Positions 48,898-61,046 of a stretch of 64,000 bases of DNA are shown here, piece after piece. Source of the DNA: Marsupella aquatica (lineage: Eukaryota; Plantae; Marchantiophyta); contig OZ316899.1 of assembly GCA_973895155.1 (NCBI GenBank), forward strand, positions 3,971,241 to 4,035,240, read 5' to 3'. The notes below the pieces were generated by a model that saw only the letters and a program-made list of their open reading frames with translations, had not been told where the DNA came from and made no database searches. The first letter of the stretch is position 1. Each line of letters starts with the position of its first letter. The position numbers and the translations under genes are program-made.

Positions 48898-49303
48898 AGC
48901 TCTATTCTATTTTGCCGAGTGCGCGAAGAATTGGGGAGCTCAAAAGGGATGATGAAGGAGGTAGGGAAGAAATCAGGAGTGAGCGCCTGAGTCCTACGTT
49001 GCCTTCCCTTCAAAGCGCGCTCTTCTTCCGTTGTGGAGTTCCATTGAACTAGCTGTAAGATGTCGCGATCACAGGGTCGGCAACTCGTAAGGCGTAACTC
49101 GTACACTCGTAAGTCCTAACTCGTAAACCCATAAACCAGTGAACTAGTAAACTCGTAAACTGAGTGTACTTGTAACTTAGGAACTTAGTAACTTAGTAAC
49201 TTTGAATGTTGTTTACAGTTACAGGTAGCAACAGTTCTAGTCTAAACACCATAAAAAATTCAGTTTCTTCATGCTTTTGGAATTACCCACTACTTACAGA
49301 CGC

Positions 49304-50879
49304 TTTTCCTATAACTTTTCCCTAAGCAACGGTGGGAGCTTCACTATAAAGTTGTGAAGCTGCGTATGCAGGGTCTCTTGCCCCGTCGGGATACACGCCA
49401 ACTGGTTCTGGTAATAAGTGATGAAATTTTGGATATCATCCCTGAAGCTCATTTTTGTTACACATTTCTATGCGTGCCGCTCTGGGTACTTAGTGGTGAC
49501 ATGAGCACGGAGACCCTCAACCAGGTTTTCCCAAGTTAATGGTAAGGAGGAGTCCTCTTGCAACTTCTTCCAAGACTTGTACCAAGTCAAGGCATAGGTG
49601 GATGGCAAGATCGAGGGGTACCAAAGGAGGCAATCAGGACTAAGGACAACCACTTTTAAAGGACTGAAGGAAATGACTAAAAATGTCATTAAAATGTGGT
49701 TGAATATCCTCCACAAAAGGTTGGACACACTTCCACAAGGTTGGGGGCACTTCCAACAATGTTGTGCACACTTCCAAAGACTTGGCATGCAAGATCTAAC
49801 CTTTAAATCTTTTCCAAACAATCCTAAACATTCCATGTCATATTTTGATCATTATAGAATATTCTTGGAATATGGACAAGGAGTATGTCCTTTTTGTGGA
49901 GAAAATGGAAGACTTTTCAGTACCCCTCAAGCTTGCTTTTGACCCATACTCCTTCGGGTATGGAGCGGCTGTGGTAGCCCAAGTGGAACGCTCAACGCAC
50001 GCTTGGAGATGAATCTCCATTGTTGAGAGCCAACTCATGAACTTTTGTCCACTCTGCTCATAGGCCTCGTTGTAAGTTGGAGAGTTGGTAGGCTCTGGTC
50101 CACTTGGAACATACTCCGTCCAACTATCATTCCCCCTTGGAACGCGTTGCACTCTGACTACCTAGACTTAGTAAGTACTTAATCTGGGCCCCATTGTTGT
50201 GTTTCAACTGCTCATAAATGAGACATTGGTCTTGAGTCAACGGACCCAAACCGTTGTCAGCAGTTGGGACCTAGCGGGTTGTACAAGGATGACCATCCAA
50301 CCGCCTTTCCTTTGCGCCTATCCTTAGGTTCACGTGTGGATTTTGGTGATACCCCGGCGCCTTGTAGGCACCATGACCTCCTGGGGTTGTGGCATCACTC
50401 TCATCACCTTGGTTTTGCTTGGTCAAATTATCCATGATGATGTTTGGCTCAACATCATCTTCTGGTTCCGCATCCAACCCTCTTAAAGCTAAGATCAATC
50501 CCTCTTTTGGGTCTTGACCCCCTTCCTCTAATCTGGCTTCTGTGTTGTTGTCTTTCTCATTTGAGTCGGTGCTATCATTGCTTGACTTGTCCATTGGAGG
50601 ATCGGCCACCCCCTTCCCCTCAAGTTGATAGTGCTTTGCATTTGACATGCTTGCTGGGGTGGCCGACGGTCCGATTGCCATGTCCTTGTCGTCCTGCTTG
50701 TAGCATTCATCTAGGGAAGTCGACCCATCCTCTTTTTGTTCATCCTGAACTAGGACCCTTCCCTTGGCGGGAAGAGCCTTCTTGCCACTCTTTGATTGAG
50801 TATTCTTCACCATGTCCCTAGCAACCAAATCTGCCCGCAGTCGACCCACCGGGCACGTCAAAGCACTAAGTCCCCACAA
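49304..50879 (-). pseudogene. Chromovirus gag N-terminal region, fragmented
   Basis: Follows the PBS; LTWENLVEGLRAH and FRDDIQNFITYYQNQL resemble Retrotrans_gag; continues at 44969 across TSD GACGC. Confidence 0.65.
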
Positions 50880-50959
50880 AATTCCATTAGGGTTTTTGGA
50901 TTCTGACCTAGCACAAGTCCGTCCCGGTGTCTATGCTAGAAATTTCTTCTGATACCATA

Positions 50960-52420
50960 AGTGGTGGACCTTGTCACCCAGTGCCCTCACCAATCCCAAC
51001 ACCCATGTCTAAGTGCCCTTGGTGCCCAAACACCTTCACGGAACTCCTCAAGCAAGCGACTTGGTGCCCTCAACACCACCTATGACCCCTCGATCCCATA
51101 CAAAGCTGCACTTGCTCTCTAACACGACCGTTGCTCAATGGTCCTCATTGTTTGCACAAGCAACCAAGCAGTCCGGTAAGTAACCCATAAGGATCTAGAT
51201 CTTCCAATTCTAGCATCCTAACTCAAGCTCAACAGACATTTGGTAAGTAGGTCAGCAATAGATCCTCTTGATGCCATAAGCCGAACCCAAAACTGACACC
51301 CATTGTTCATCCAGAATAGCCCTTTCCTTGGATGCAGCCCGGGTTCCCCCTCATACCTATCCATCACCAACTAACCGCCTTGCCCCCAGGACATGCTCAT
51401 GGCCCAAATAGCGTAGCTTGTCTCAACACATCGGGACCAGAATGGCCCCAACTCTAGCAACCAACTCCCGGTTCTTGCTCCACTAATGGTCTAGGGACCA
51501 AGTGTCCTTGGAACTACAACTCCATGGCTACTGGGCCTTGCCTCCCCAATGAAAACTCCCTTGGGAGACTGAACGGGGCTTGGCTGTTGTTTCAATAGGA
51601 TTTGGCAAGCAGACAAGATAGCCCTTGCAAACCCCAAGAACCCATGCCACCCCTAGACTCAGTTGAGCTTAGGATGAGGTATTCCTCCTTGAGAGCTTTC
51701 CAAAGCACCCAAGAAGTCCTCCAGCGGACTTCCCGTTGGGAAGTTATCGTTGTTTCCATTTGACATTTTCCCTTAGTGTCATGATCGCCACGGCCCACGA
51801 CTTTGGCTCACTCTTAACCCCCAGGGTAACACCACTCCCCTCATATATGCTTCTAGAGACCTGCCACCCCCGGACCTACTTTGGTTCCCAAATTTTGGCC
51901 CCCCACTTGGACCCCAACCTGCATGTTTGGGCGCCCCACTAACTGGCAATGCCCATAACTTTCTAGTTAGGCGTCCGCAAGCGGAGCGCCTTAGCCCGTT
52001 GTGATTGGACCGACCCAATGCTCATGGCTAGGACCTCAGGTCCCATTGTTTCATGGAACCCCGATTGGCCAAACCCGGATCAAGCCGTAACTCGTGCCCC
52101 AAGCGTCCGCTGCCATGGAGTAAGCTCCATTTGCCTTGGGCTCAAGAGGAGCTCTCACTCAAAATCCTTTCGAGAATCCAGACTGTGGACCTTGAGCTCG
52201 GCCCTTTGCCTTTGACCCAACCAGCCTTCAGCTAGTCTAAGTCCTTAGTGTGTGTCACCAGCTGAACACCTTGCCTTTGCCAGTGCCACTCCCGATTGCC
52301 CACAAGTCTCCCATGCTAAGTCCTCCCCGGATGGCCGTTCCGGGCCTGGACCATAGGAGAGCCTAGCGTCGGAGTCACCAACACTGGAGCTAAGTGTTAA
52401 GGTAGTCATGTTTTGCGACT
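50960..52420 (-). repeat. Chromovirus 5' LTR
   Basis: Element strand AGTCGC...GGTCCACCACT, then TA, then the tRNA-iMet PBS TGGTATCAGA. Confidence 0.92.
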
Positions 52421-52763
52421 TTGAGCCAACCGAGATGCAGAGTGTTGGGCTGAATCAACTACCAACTCTAAATCCCATACTTGAGTACAATTTTTGCAAT
52501 CCCCATACTTGAGGATGGTTCTATGTTCTATGTAAGCATTTATTTTGGATTGCTTTTTAGAGATTGCTATGGTTTGAATCTCTGAGAGGAGATTTTTGTT
52601 AACCAATCAACTCTCTCCTTGTCACAACTTTGAATTTGATCTTTTAGAGAAACTCTCAATTATTTGGGGGAGAAATGGTCCAATGCAACTGAGATGTGGA
52701 TCATCATGATATGTCATGCCTTATTTTATTAACAAGGGTTGCTACCGTTTTGGTATGGCCAAC

Positions 52764-53045
52764 CTTGGGGGTCTCACTATATGGGGACCTCCCATCACCT
52801 GCAACGTTTTTAGGCCTTGGACCCCCTAAAAATGTAAGTTTTTTTTTAAAATTAATTTCTATAAAGTTGGAATCTTCCAAAATTTGGATTAAAAAGACCC
52901 TAATGTTCTTATAAGTCTCAAAATTGAAATTAAAAGACCCTATTGTTCTTCTGCAAAAATTCTTAAGTCTTCCCTTAGAACCAATAAAATGACCCTATCC
53001 TTTGTCGTACGTGATATGCCATTTTTGTGGAAGTGAACCCCCAAG
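52764..53045. mobile_element. MITE copy 2
   Basis: CTTGGGGGTCTCACT...AGTGAACCCCCAAG; perfect 8-bp TSD TGGCCAAC (52756-52763 and 53046-53053). Confidence 0.93.
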
Positions 53046-55617
53046 TGGCCAACCAGATGTGGGTTGCTTGATGATTGTTCATGTAGATGCATTTTCTGTC
53101 TAATTTTTGGAAATTTTTTGGGGGGGTTTTTTCCTCGAATGTATTTTTTATAAATTTTAATATCGTGAAAGCCCCACGGATAGGGAGGCCAAACAAGCCA
53201 TTAACAACCAGTGAAAACACAAACAGAAACCCTACCAGAAAGGCAATCAACCCCTAAGAACCTAAACATAGACCCCGGCCAAGTCGGGGCCCCACACCAA
53301 CCACCCCCTCAGCAAAGGCCAACAGAGGCCTTACTCAGCCCAAGAGATGAAACACCTTTGACCAGAACATAGCCACTGTTTATGGTGCACATCAAGCCAC
53401 TCTTTGGCCTGTAAGATCCTAGCATGTTTCCTACCCTATGGAAAATGCCGGCTCACCGCAAACAGATGATCAGCAGCCTCTGAGAGAACCAATCCAAAGT
53501 CAAAGGTGCATCTGCCACCCGGATAAAACATGTGCACATTAGTGCCCTCCAAACCATCCTCAGCATCTGGTACAACATAAAGATCTTCACTGAGTGAACA
53601 ACATCCTTTCCCAGCAAGTCATCCATTAGAGTCATCAGTCCTCTCCTAGGGGAGAACGAAGACCCCCCAACACCGCTCGATAAAGCTGCCAGCATCTAAC
53701 AGCAAACCCACATCTAATGAACAAGTGCGACAACGACTCCAGCTGCCCACTGCAACACTTACAATCCCCAGTGCTTGCTTTGATCCTAAGCGCCCGCTCA
53801 CCAGTAAATAGGCCGCCAACAATCACCCTCCATATGAACGTCTTAGCACAAACTGAAAGATCTGATCCCCACAACCTGTGCCATCTCTCACTCCATTCCA
53901 ATGCAAACCAAGCCCAAGACCAGCTGAAGTTCAATCTCTCAAAGACAAGCACCTTTGGTTGCAGGAAATTGTACACCCTACAATTAGCAATGTTGAAATC
54001 CTTCAAGGGATTAGCCTTATCTGCCCATCTCCACCTCTTGGACTCTGGTTCAAAGTCAAGTGTGCAAGGGCCAGTGCCCCAGATTTTCTCTAGAAAAGCC
54101 TTTGTCAATCCTCTAAGCGCCTCAGAAAACCCCCGTAAGTCATTCCAGCATAAAGGGAGGTCTTTCCAACAATCTCCTTCCAAGCACCAACCGTCCCTGA
54201 TACTCTTGATGCTTAGTCTGCCACAAATTGCAGTAATTCCTAATATCTCTGGATTTGGCAACAAATTATATCCTAAAATACAACGTAGGGTGTCTTGGAT
54301 GCTCCAGCGACCAGGAATTCCCCCATGCCCTGGTTCAAAGGAGAGGTGAGCCCTCACCATCTCCCAGGCCTTCCAAAGGCCAGCAGTGTACGAAAGCCCA
54401 CCCCCAGTGCGTGGGGAACACAATAGTAGCTTGTCCTTGAATGAGTATTGGTTTCTGCGCAGTACTTTGCAATTCATCCAACCCATTAAGGAGATTAGCT
54501 TCAAGCATTCTAGTCCACTCCTGATCTGGGGCATTTAGAGCCTTTGTGAACCACTGTGAAAGCAGGGCATCTGAGTGGCTCTTGAAATCTTTGAATCGCA
54601 GGCCACCTTCCACCTTAGGCAAAGACATCTTGGCCCAGGCAACAAGAGGGATTTTCTTCCCTCCTGAAGGATTATATCCCCACATAAAGTCCTGGTTGTG
54701 GGCTACCAACTTCTTAGCCAAATCAGCCAAAGCTTTGAAGTACATAACATGATAAATGGGGATTGCCTGCAACACATGTTTGACTAATAAGGAACGACCG
54801 GTAAATGAAAGCTTCTTGTTTGTCCAAGTGGACAGACAAACACCAACTTTGTCTAAACAGAATTTATGGAGTTGCTCTGTCCGCAATCCAACACCTAGTG
54901 GGGCCCCAAGATACTTTTGCACCTCACCTCACCTACTCACCAGACATCCATACTCAATAAGCCACCCAGGGGGATGGTCCGAGGCCAGCGGGATCACAAC
55001 TGATTTCCGCAAGTTCAGTCGTGCCCCCAATGCCAGCTCATAACATTTCAACGCCAAGGTAGCCTCCTTGAAGGAAGTCTCAGGGGCAGGGATAAACATT
55101 CCCACATCATCCGCCAATAGCCGGTAACAGATTGTCAGTCCCTCAAAAATTCTAATACCGCTCAACCTACCCCCAGCCATCTCTGCATCAAGAAAGTCCA
55201 TCAGCGGTTGCATTGAGATCACAAAGAGCAAGGGCAATAGGGGACATCCTTGGTGGACTCCCCGTTGCAGTTCAATAGGTCCGAAGCGGAAACCATTCAC
55301 AAGAATCCGTGAGAAAGCCTGGCTAAGAAGAGCTTGGACTAGCTTAATGAATCGGCCACTAATGCCCAGCAAGTGCATTGTCTCCCAAATATACTTGTGG
55401 TCGACTCTATCAAAGGTTTTTTCAAAGTCCAACTTCAGAAAAAGTGCTTCTTTCTTCTGCTTGTGCACCCAGTCACATGCCATCCATGCTAGTGAGATGT
55501 TCTCTAGAATGTGACGGCCAGGGATAAATCCAGTCTGTTGTGGACTAATCTTCTGTTGTGGACTAATCTTCTGTTGCAATAGTGGTTTCAGTCGGAGAGC
55601 CATAATTTTGGCAATGA

Positions 55618-55965
55618 AGTGATGGACCTTGCCACCCAGCACCCTCACCAATCCCAACACTCATGCCTAAGTGCCCCTGGTGCCCAAACGCCTCCACGGA
55701 ATACCTCAAGCAAGCAACCTAGTGCCCCTTGCACTGTCAGCGGCCGCTCCCATACAAAGCCGCACTTGCCACGTCTCATTGCCCACAAGTGGGCGAGCTA
55801 ACACTTGCAAACCTCGAGAACTTATTGGGTGCGTTCTCATTGCCCACAAGTCTCCCCATGCTAAGTCCTCCCCGGATGGCCTATCCAGGCCTAGACCATA
55901 AGGGAGCTCGGCGTCAAAGTCAGCGACGCCGGAGCTAAGTGTTAAGGTAGTTGAGTTTCGCGACT
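55618..55965 (-). mobile_element. 348-bp internally deleted solo LTR of the AGT...ACT family
   Basis: Both termini kept; perfect TSD AATGA (55613-55617 and 55966-55970); junction has a 17-bp duplication TCTCATTGCCCACAAGT flanking 44 bp. Confidence 0.92.
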
Positions 55966-57418
55966 AATGATCTTATACACTATGTTTAGCATTGTGAGTG
56001 GTCTCCAGTCTTTAAGGAACCATTTGTCCGGTTTCTTGGGAATGAATTTGATAATCCCCTCCTTGACCCCCCTATCCAGATCACCAGAAAGCCAGAAGGC
56101 TTGAATCATTTCCACTAAGTCCAAACCAATAAAGTCCCAGCAGGCCCGGTACACCTCCGCTGTCAATCCATCCGGGCCACGGGATTTTTCCCCCGGTAGC
56201 AACCATAAAACTTCTTTTACTTCCTTCAGCAAGGGCAGGGCCTCCATCCGCCTAATCTCCCCAGCCAAAAAAGACCCCCTTGTATGCTGCAGCCTGGACC
56301 ATTCCCTAAGTTGCTCCGCCCCTACCTCTCGGGTGACAGCAGGAGTGAGTATAAAGCCAAGCATATTAATTGAACTTCCTTCAGGATTAGCCTAGGCTCT
56401 GTTATCACAGTTCCATCCTCCCTAATCAACAACTTCATTGCTTCCCATGCTTGTTTTGCACCGACTGTGGCAAAGAAGAATTTTGTAAATTCGTCCCCTT
56501 CTCCGAGCCATTTCACCCGGGCTAATTTGCGTCCTCTATTGGCCTCCTCAAATTCTGTAGTGTGCAGTGCATCCTCCATATACACATAGTCAAAGATATC
56601 AGACTTGGTCTGTGTGTCCAAAATAGCCATTTTAGGCGCCTACAGTTTTGCTCTTAGAAATGCCAATTCTTCCTCCGCCTCCTTTGGGCGCTCCTGAAGC
56701 TCTTTGTATGTGCTTCTCAATTGCAAACTGGCATTGGCAAAACAAAGAATAGGATCCACAAACCCTCTCCTTCCCTCCCGCCAGGCCCTTTCTAGCTGCT
56801 CCATGTCCTCCTTCCGCCTAAGAAGAGCCGGATTGGCCTTAAAAAATCTTGCTTTACCTCTCTCTTCCCATGAACCGGTCCCCATCAGCCGAATCTTAAG
56901 CAAGACCGGGTCATGATCAGAGAGAGCCAATCCTCCATCATGCTGTAGCTCCACAAGTTCCCCCAGCCACCAACCATTGCCACTGATGTAATACCGATCA
57001 AGTCGGGATTGTCTCCATGGCCCATTCCACGTTCTTTGCCAGGTAAATCTAGCCCCCACTGCCCCACCTTTAAGTACAAACGCATCCTCCAAGTCAAATC
57101 AAACCTTTAGAAATTGCTAGAACTCAGCCTTCTTGCCCCTTGTGAGAGCTGAGCCGCCCGTTGCATCCTCCCTCAGTTAAATCATGTAAAAACCCCACAA
57201 AATATCCAATTCACGGCACATAGCCCAAACTTGAGGTCATACCACAGCACAGCTTGCTCTCAAGCTGAATTAGGAGCATAAACTGACACCAAACCCATCG
57301 TACCTCCCTCTGCCTCCAATGTCACCCATATTGCTCTTCCTCGGTCCAGCTGCCCCAATTCCACCACCTTCAAATTTGGGTGTACCAGAAGAGCAGTGCC
57401 TCCCCTACCTTCGTCAGG

Positions 57419-60400
57419 TGTGATAACATGGTTAAGAAGAAAGGAATAAAGAAAGTGGAAAAATTAAATTTTTTTTGCCTTTGAAGCGGGAAAGAGGAAC
57501 CTTAAATGCTAAGCAAACCATTATTGAAAGTCTAACAACCATTCAAGAGATTAAGAGAAGGAAAAGAGGCTCAACCAGAAGAAAGTATTTCTTGGTAAAA
57601 AGAAGGAAACCGGACCACGAACCGGAAGCCGTAAAATCGTCTCCGGACGCTATCAAGAAAATCTGACACCAGGTTCTTGAAGCCAAGGCTACGCTCTTCG
57701 TCCTGGGGAAAACCCATAAGCATTGGACTCCAGACAGTGAGCCGGAATCCCTCTTAAGGCCGAACCAGTTTTTCTCTTCTCACACCTCTCAAAGCTGAAC
57801 ATAGTAAGTTTTGAGCTCCCGAGTGAATAGGCTTGTCGAAGCAGTAGAGAAAGGAGGCTCTTCCCTTCCGGTTGAGGATCTTGGGTCCGGATTATAGGAC
57901 CATTCTAGTTTCTGTGAGAGAAAGGTATAAGAGAGCCTTGACCAACTCGTGTGAGGTGGCAGCCTACTCCTACGCTTGGAGGGAAGGCTGGGGATGTGGA
58001 GATTGGCGCTAAGGCCTCCTGTTTTGATAGTTGTCTACTTCTGGGGCTTGAGCCAGTTTCTGAACCGGAACTGAACCGATGGCGAACCGGTTTCTGCTAT
58101 ATCTCGCTTGCTGGACGTTCGTTTTCGCTGAAAGTGTGCTGAGATGGAGAAGGTTGGCTGATATACGCAACGGAGTAATTATAGAGGCTATATTCACTTC
58201 TAGATCCTACCTTCTGCCTTCACCGGTTCAAATCTGTTTGCTACTCCAACTATCAGGCAGTATGAAGAGTGCCAAGAGCAGTCCTTCTTCCAAGACTCAG
58301 AGTGGGACTCCAGTAAAGCCTGAAGTACGACGTTCAAAGAGGAAAGAGGCTCAGATCATCATGAAGCCCTTGAGACCCCTCATTCCTACTGATGCAGCTG
58401 AGAAGGAACAGCTCCGAAAAGATCTTACACTAATGGGCTGTGCCTCCTTGATGGATCTTACTTGGGGATTTCTGAGTGAAGACATGGTAAGGGAAGTGCT
58501 GACAGGAGTTCCTCCCACAGAATTTCAGAAGACTGCACGAGCTTGACCAGAAGCTTGGACCAAGGCATTCGTTGGAGAAGCTTTTCAGCTACCAGTGAAA
58601 GGGAGTGGCTTCTGCCCCAGAGGAGAGAATCTCACAGTGGAATACTTTGGTGGCAAGATGGATGCCAAAGAAGGATGGACCATCAACCAGTGTACTCACA
58701 AGGACCTCAGGAACGTGATGGCATTCCTAGTCCCCCTCATCTATCCAGAGAAACCAAGGAAGGTGATTCTTAAAGTAGGAAGTACTATCATTGCTTCCTT
58801 CTTCAAAACCAGAGAGGTATCATGGGCTACTATCTTCTCAAGTGTTCTAGAGAAGCAGGTCTCCGCCCTGACCAACAGAGCCCCCACTGCTCTCTCCTGT
58901 TACTTGGTACATCTATACTCTCATGACCAAACCTTATTCAAACATGAGAAGAGTGCATTTGGCACCAAGAGCAGCTATGTGAAATATGGAGTCTTGGATC
59001 CAGAAATTCAGAGCTTACCGGAGTCTGAAGATGACCTAGAGCCGGAAGAGATTGACTTTGTAGGGCCAACCAGGAAGCGGAAGCTCGACAAAACTGAACC
59101 GGCTTCTGATCCGGCTTCTGAACCGGTTTCTGACCCGGTTTCCTACCCGATGAGTGGCGCTACTACCTCTTCAGCCGGTCTTTCGCACTCTACCTTACAC
59201 CATTTTTTTGTTTATTCAAAGATCTTTCGGCCATCAAGACCAAGATGGGAATCATGGAAGCAGTGCTCTCAAGGCTCTCCCAGGTGACTGGTGTGGCTCC
59301 TGCTGACCTTGTGAAGAAAGTAGAGGACCTGATGAAAGGAGATGAGAACAAGGTCAAGATTGAGCAGCTAGAGAAATCATTAGAGGAAGAGAAGAAGAAG
59401 AACTATCATCTTGAACAGTTGTTGCACAAGGCAAAGGAGAAGACCACAGCGGAGCAACTACTCTTCGATAACATTTCCAGAGCTATGGATCACTTGGAAC
59501 CCTTAGTAGAAACCAAGGGAGAGGACCTGGTACAGACCCAACTATTCAGGCAGTATTTCATTGATGTTCCCAATCCCCTTCTCATGCCCTTAGTCATCCA
59601 GATTGCACATGACTATGGTGACAAGGTGGAAGAATGCCTCTCTGCCCTCAAGCTTATCCTTGCTGAACTGAAGAAATTCTATGCCCTTTCTGATGAGGAG
59701 CAGACTCAATTTGCAGAGAAAGTCACTGTTCCATCTCCACAGGTGACACCAGCAGAAGGATGGGCTGACTCTCTTGACCCTGATATCACTTCTACCACAG
59801 TTACACCCAATTTTCCACCCATTCCGACCTCACCATTTACTACTACCTTTGGAGGTATCACTTTCATGCCAAACCCTCTCAACTCCATTGATCCAACAGT
59901 AGACTCCACATCGGTGAAGCCTGACACTTCAACTCCTGAAGAGTAAAAAGAGTTTCATCTGGAAGTTGAACCGGCTTCCCATCCGGTTTCCCACCCGGTT
60001 TTTTTGATCCGGTTTCGTGTTTGAAGCCCTATAAAACTTAGTATAGGAAGAATTAGACTTTGAATTTTTGCTGAGCACTTTATCTCATAGTCTAGTTTCA
60101 GACTTTAGCATTACTTTTTACTTTTACACTTAGGTTAGGAATTGAAGGGGCATACCTCTTCAACTTTTGTTTAGAGGAGACTTGTCCCTAAGTATAAGAG
60201 GGAAAGTTTCCACCATTTTACTCAGACTTGCATTTCACTTTTGAAAGTCTCCTTCTTTGAAGAGAAGTAATAGATTCATAATTTTGGTGATCTATGCTTT
60301 GTGTTTGGACATTAGTGTGTGACCATTCTTGCTAGAAAATCTATGGAAAGTGACTAGCAGTGTCATAGTTAACCTTTAGGCTGACTGAAAATGCATGCCT

Positions 60401-61046
60401 GAGATCATGCAAAGGTCTAAAGATTCATGTTGACTATGGAATACTTATGGCTTATTAAGTATTAGTGGAAGAAGCACCATACGAGAACTCACAAATTGCG
60501 TAGTCCTAAAAGAGCAATCTGAAGGATTGAATAGAAGAATAAGTTAGTTCGGAGTAATCAGTACCACCTTTGCCTTGACATAGGTCAGAAAGTTAATACG
60601 GGCTATCTTATATACATCTTTTACAAATTCTTAGATGGTTGGCTTTAAAGATGAGCTTTAGGCATCAGCCTAATTTAGTCAGACTCTCTGTTGACTCTTA
60701 ATCGTGCCTAACTTAGTCATAGATTGCTAAGTGGCGAGAGGAGATGAGACATTTAAGGCTCGCTTAATCCTTTCTTTACGCCTCCGGCTTTTGGTTGTTT
60801 TGTTATAGTTTTAGAATTAATTATTGCACTGTTGATGATGCAAACATCACAATACCTGAGGATGTATTAAAAACTCCTTCCACCTGACCTAAGCATGTCG
60901 GTAAAGGCTTAAAATCTGAGATAGGTTAGCTTAACTATCTCAAAGTATATTAATACAATCTTATAGGTCTCACAAGCTCTTAACGGGAACAAATTTTGGT
61001 TGTTTAAGAGGAAAGTAGTTCATATTTCCTTAAACCCTACTCTACA
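57419..61046 (+). mobile_element. Solo LTR-like unit W (3628 bp) with an internal ORF, inserted in the LINE endonuclease
   Basis: TGTG...CTACA termini; perfect TSD TCAGG (57414-57418 and 61047-61051); CTTAACGGGAACAA about 60 nt from the 3' end; GAACCGG/CCGGTTTC repeats around the ORF. Confidence 0.92.
58262..59946 (+). pseudogene. LTR-embedded accessory ORF, ~560 aa, one TGA and one frameshift; conserved N-terminal domain plus coiled coil
   Basis: 58262-59287 is one frame with TGA at 58544-58546; frameshift at the T7 run (~59203-59209) into 59245-59946. Motifs LRKDLTLMGC, YFGG...GWTINQC, FLVPLIYPEKP, EVSWA. Confidence 0.85.

Larger units (their letters stand above)
44975..49298 (-). mobile_element. 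Solo LTR-like unit Z (4324 bp including a MITE) with an internal ORF, inserted in chromovirus gag
   Basis: TG...CA termini; perfect TSD GACGC (44970-44974 and 49299-49303); no internal terminal duplication; CTTTACGGGAACGA about 60 nt from the 3' end; AACTCGTAA arrays at ~45890-45965 and ~49083-49200. Confidence 0.9.
32581..52420 (-). mobile_element. Old full-length chromovirus (Ty3/gypsy) with AGT...ACT LTRs, internally deleted and carrying nested insertions
   Basis: LTRs 50960-52420 (5') and 32581-34008 (3'); TSD GTGAG/TTGAG (4/5); PBS TGGTATCAGA at 50948-50957; PPT at 34013-34021; gag, PR, RT and chromodomain remnants. Confidence 0.85.
30871..52626 (+). mobile_element. Solo LTR X (~1.9 kb net: 30871-32580 plus 52426-52626), host of the whole nest
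   Basis: TGTAAAG...TTGTCACA termini; 5-bp TSD ACTTT (30866-30870 and 52627-52631); block at ~32300-32400 is homologous (inverted) to ~45330-45420 of solo LTR Z. Confidence 0.75.

Noticed and set aside
55618-55965. 348-bp unit as an autonomously mobilised TRIM or MITE
   Set aside because: It has one set of LTR ends and no PBS, PPT or second repeat; deletion with filler after solo-LTR formation is simpler.
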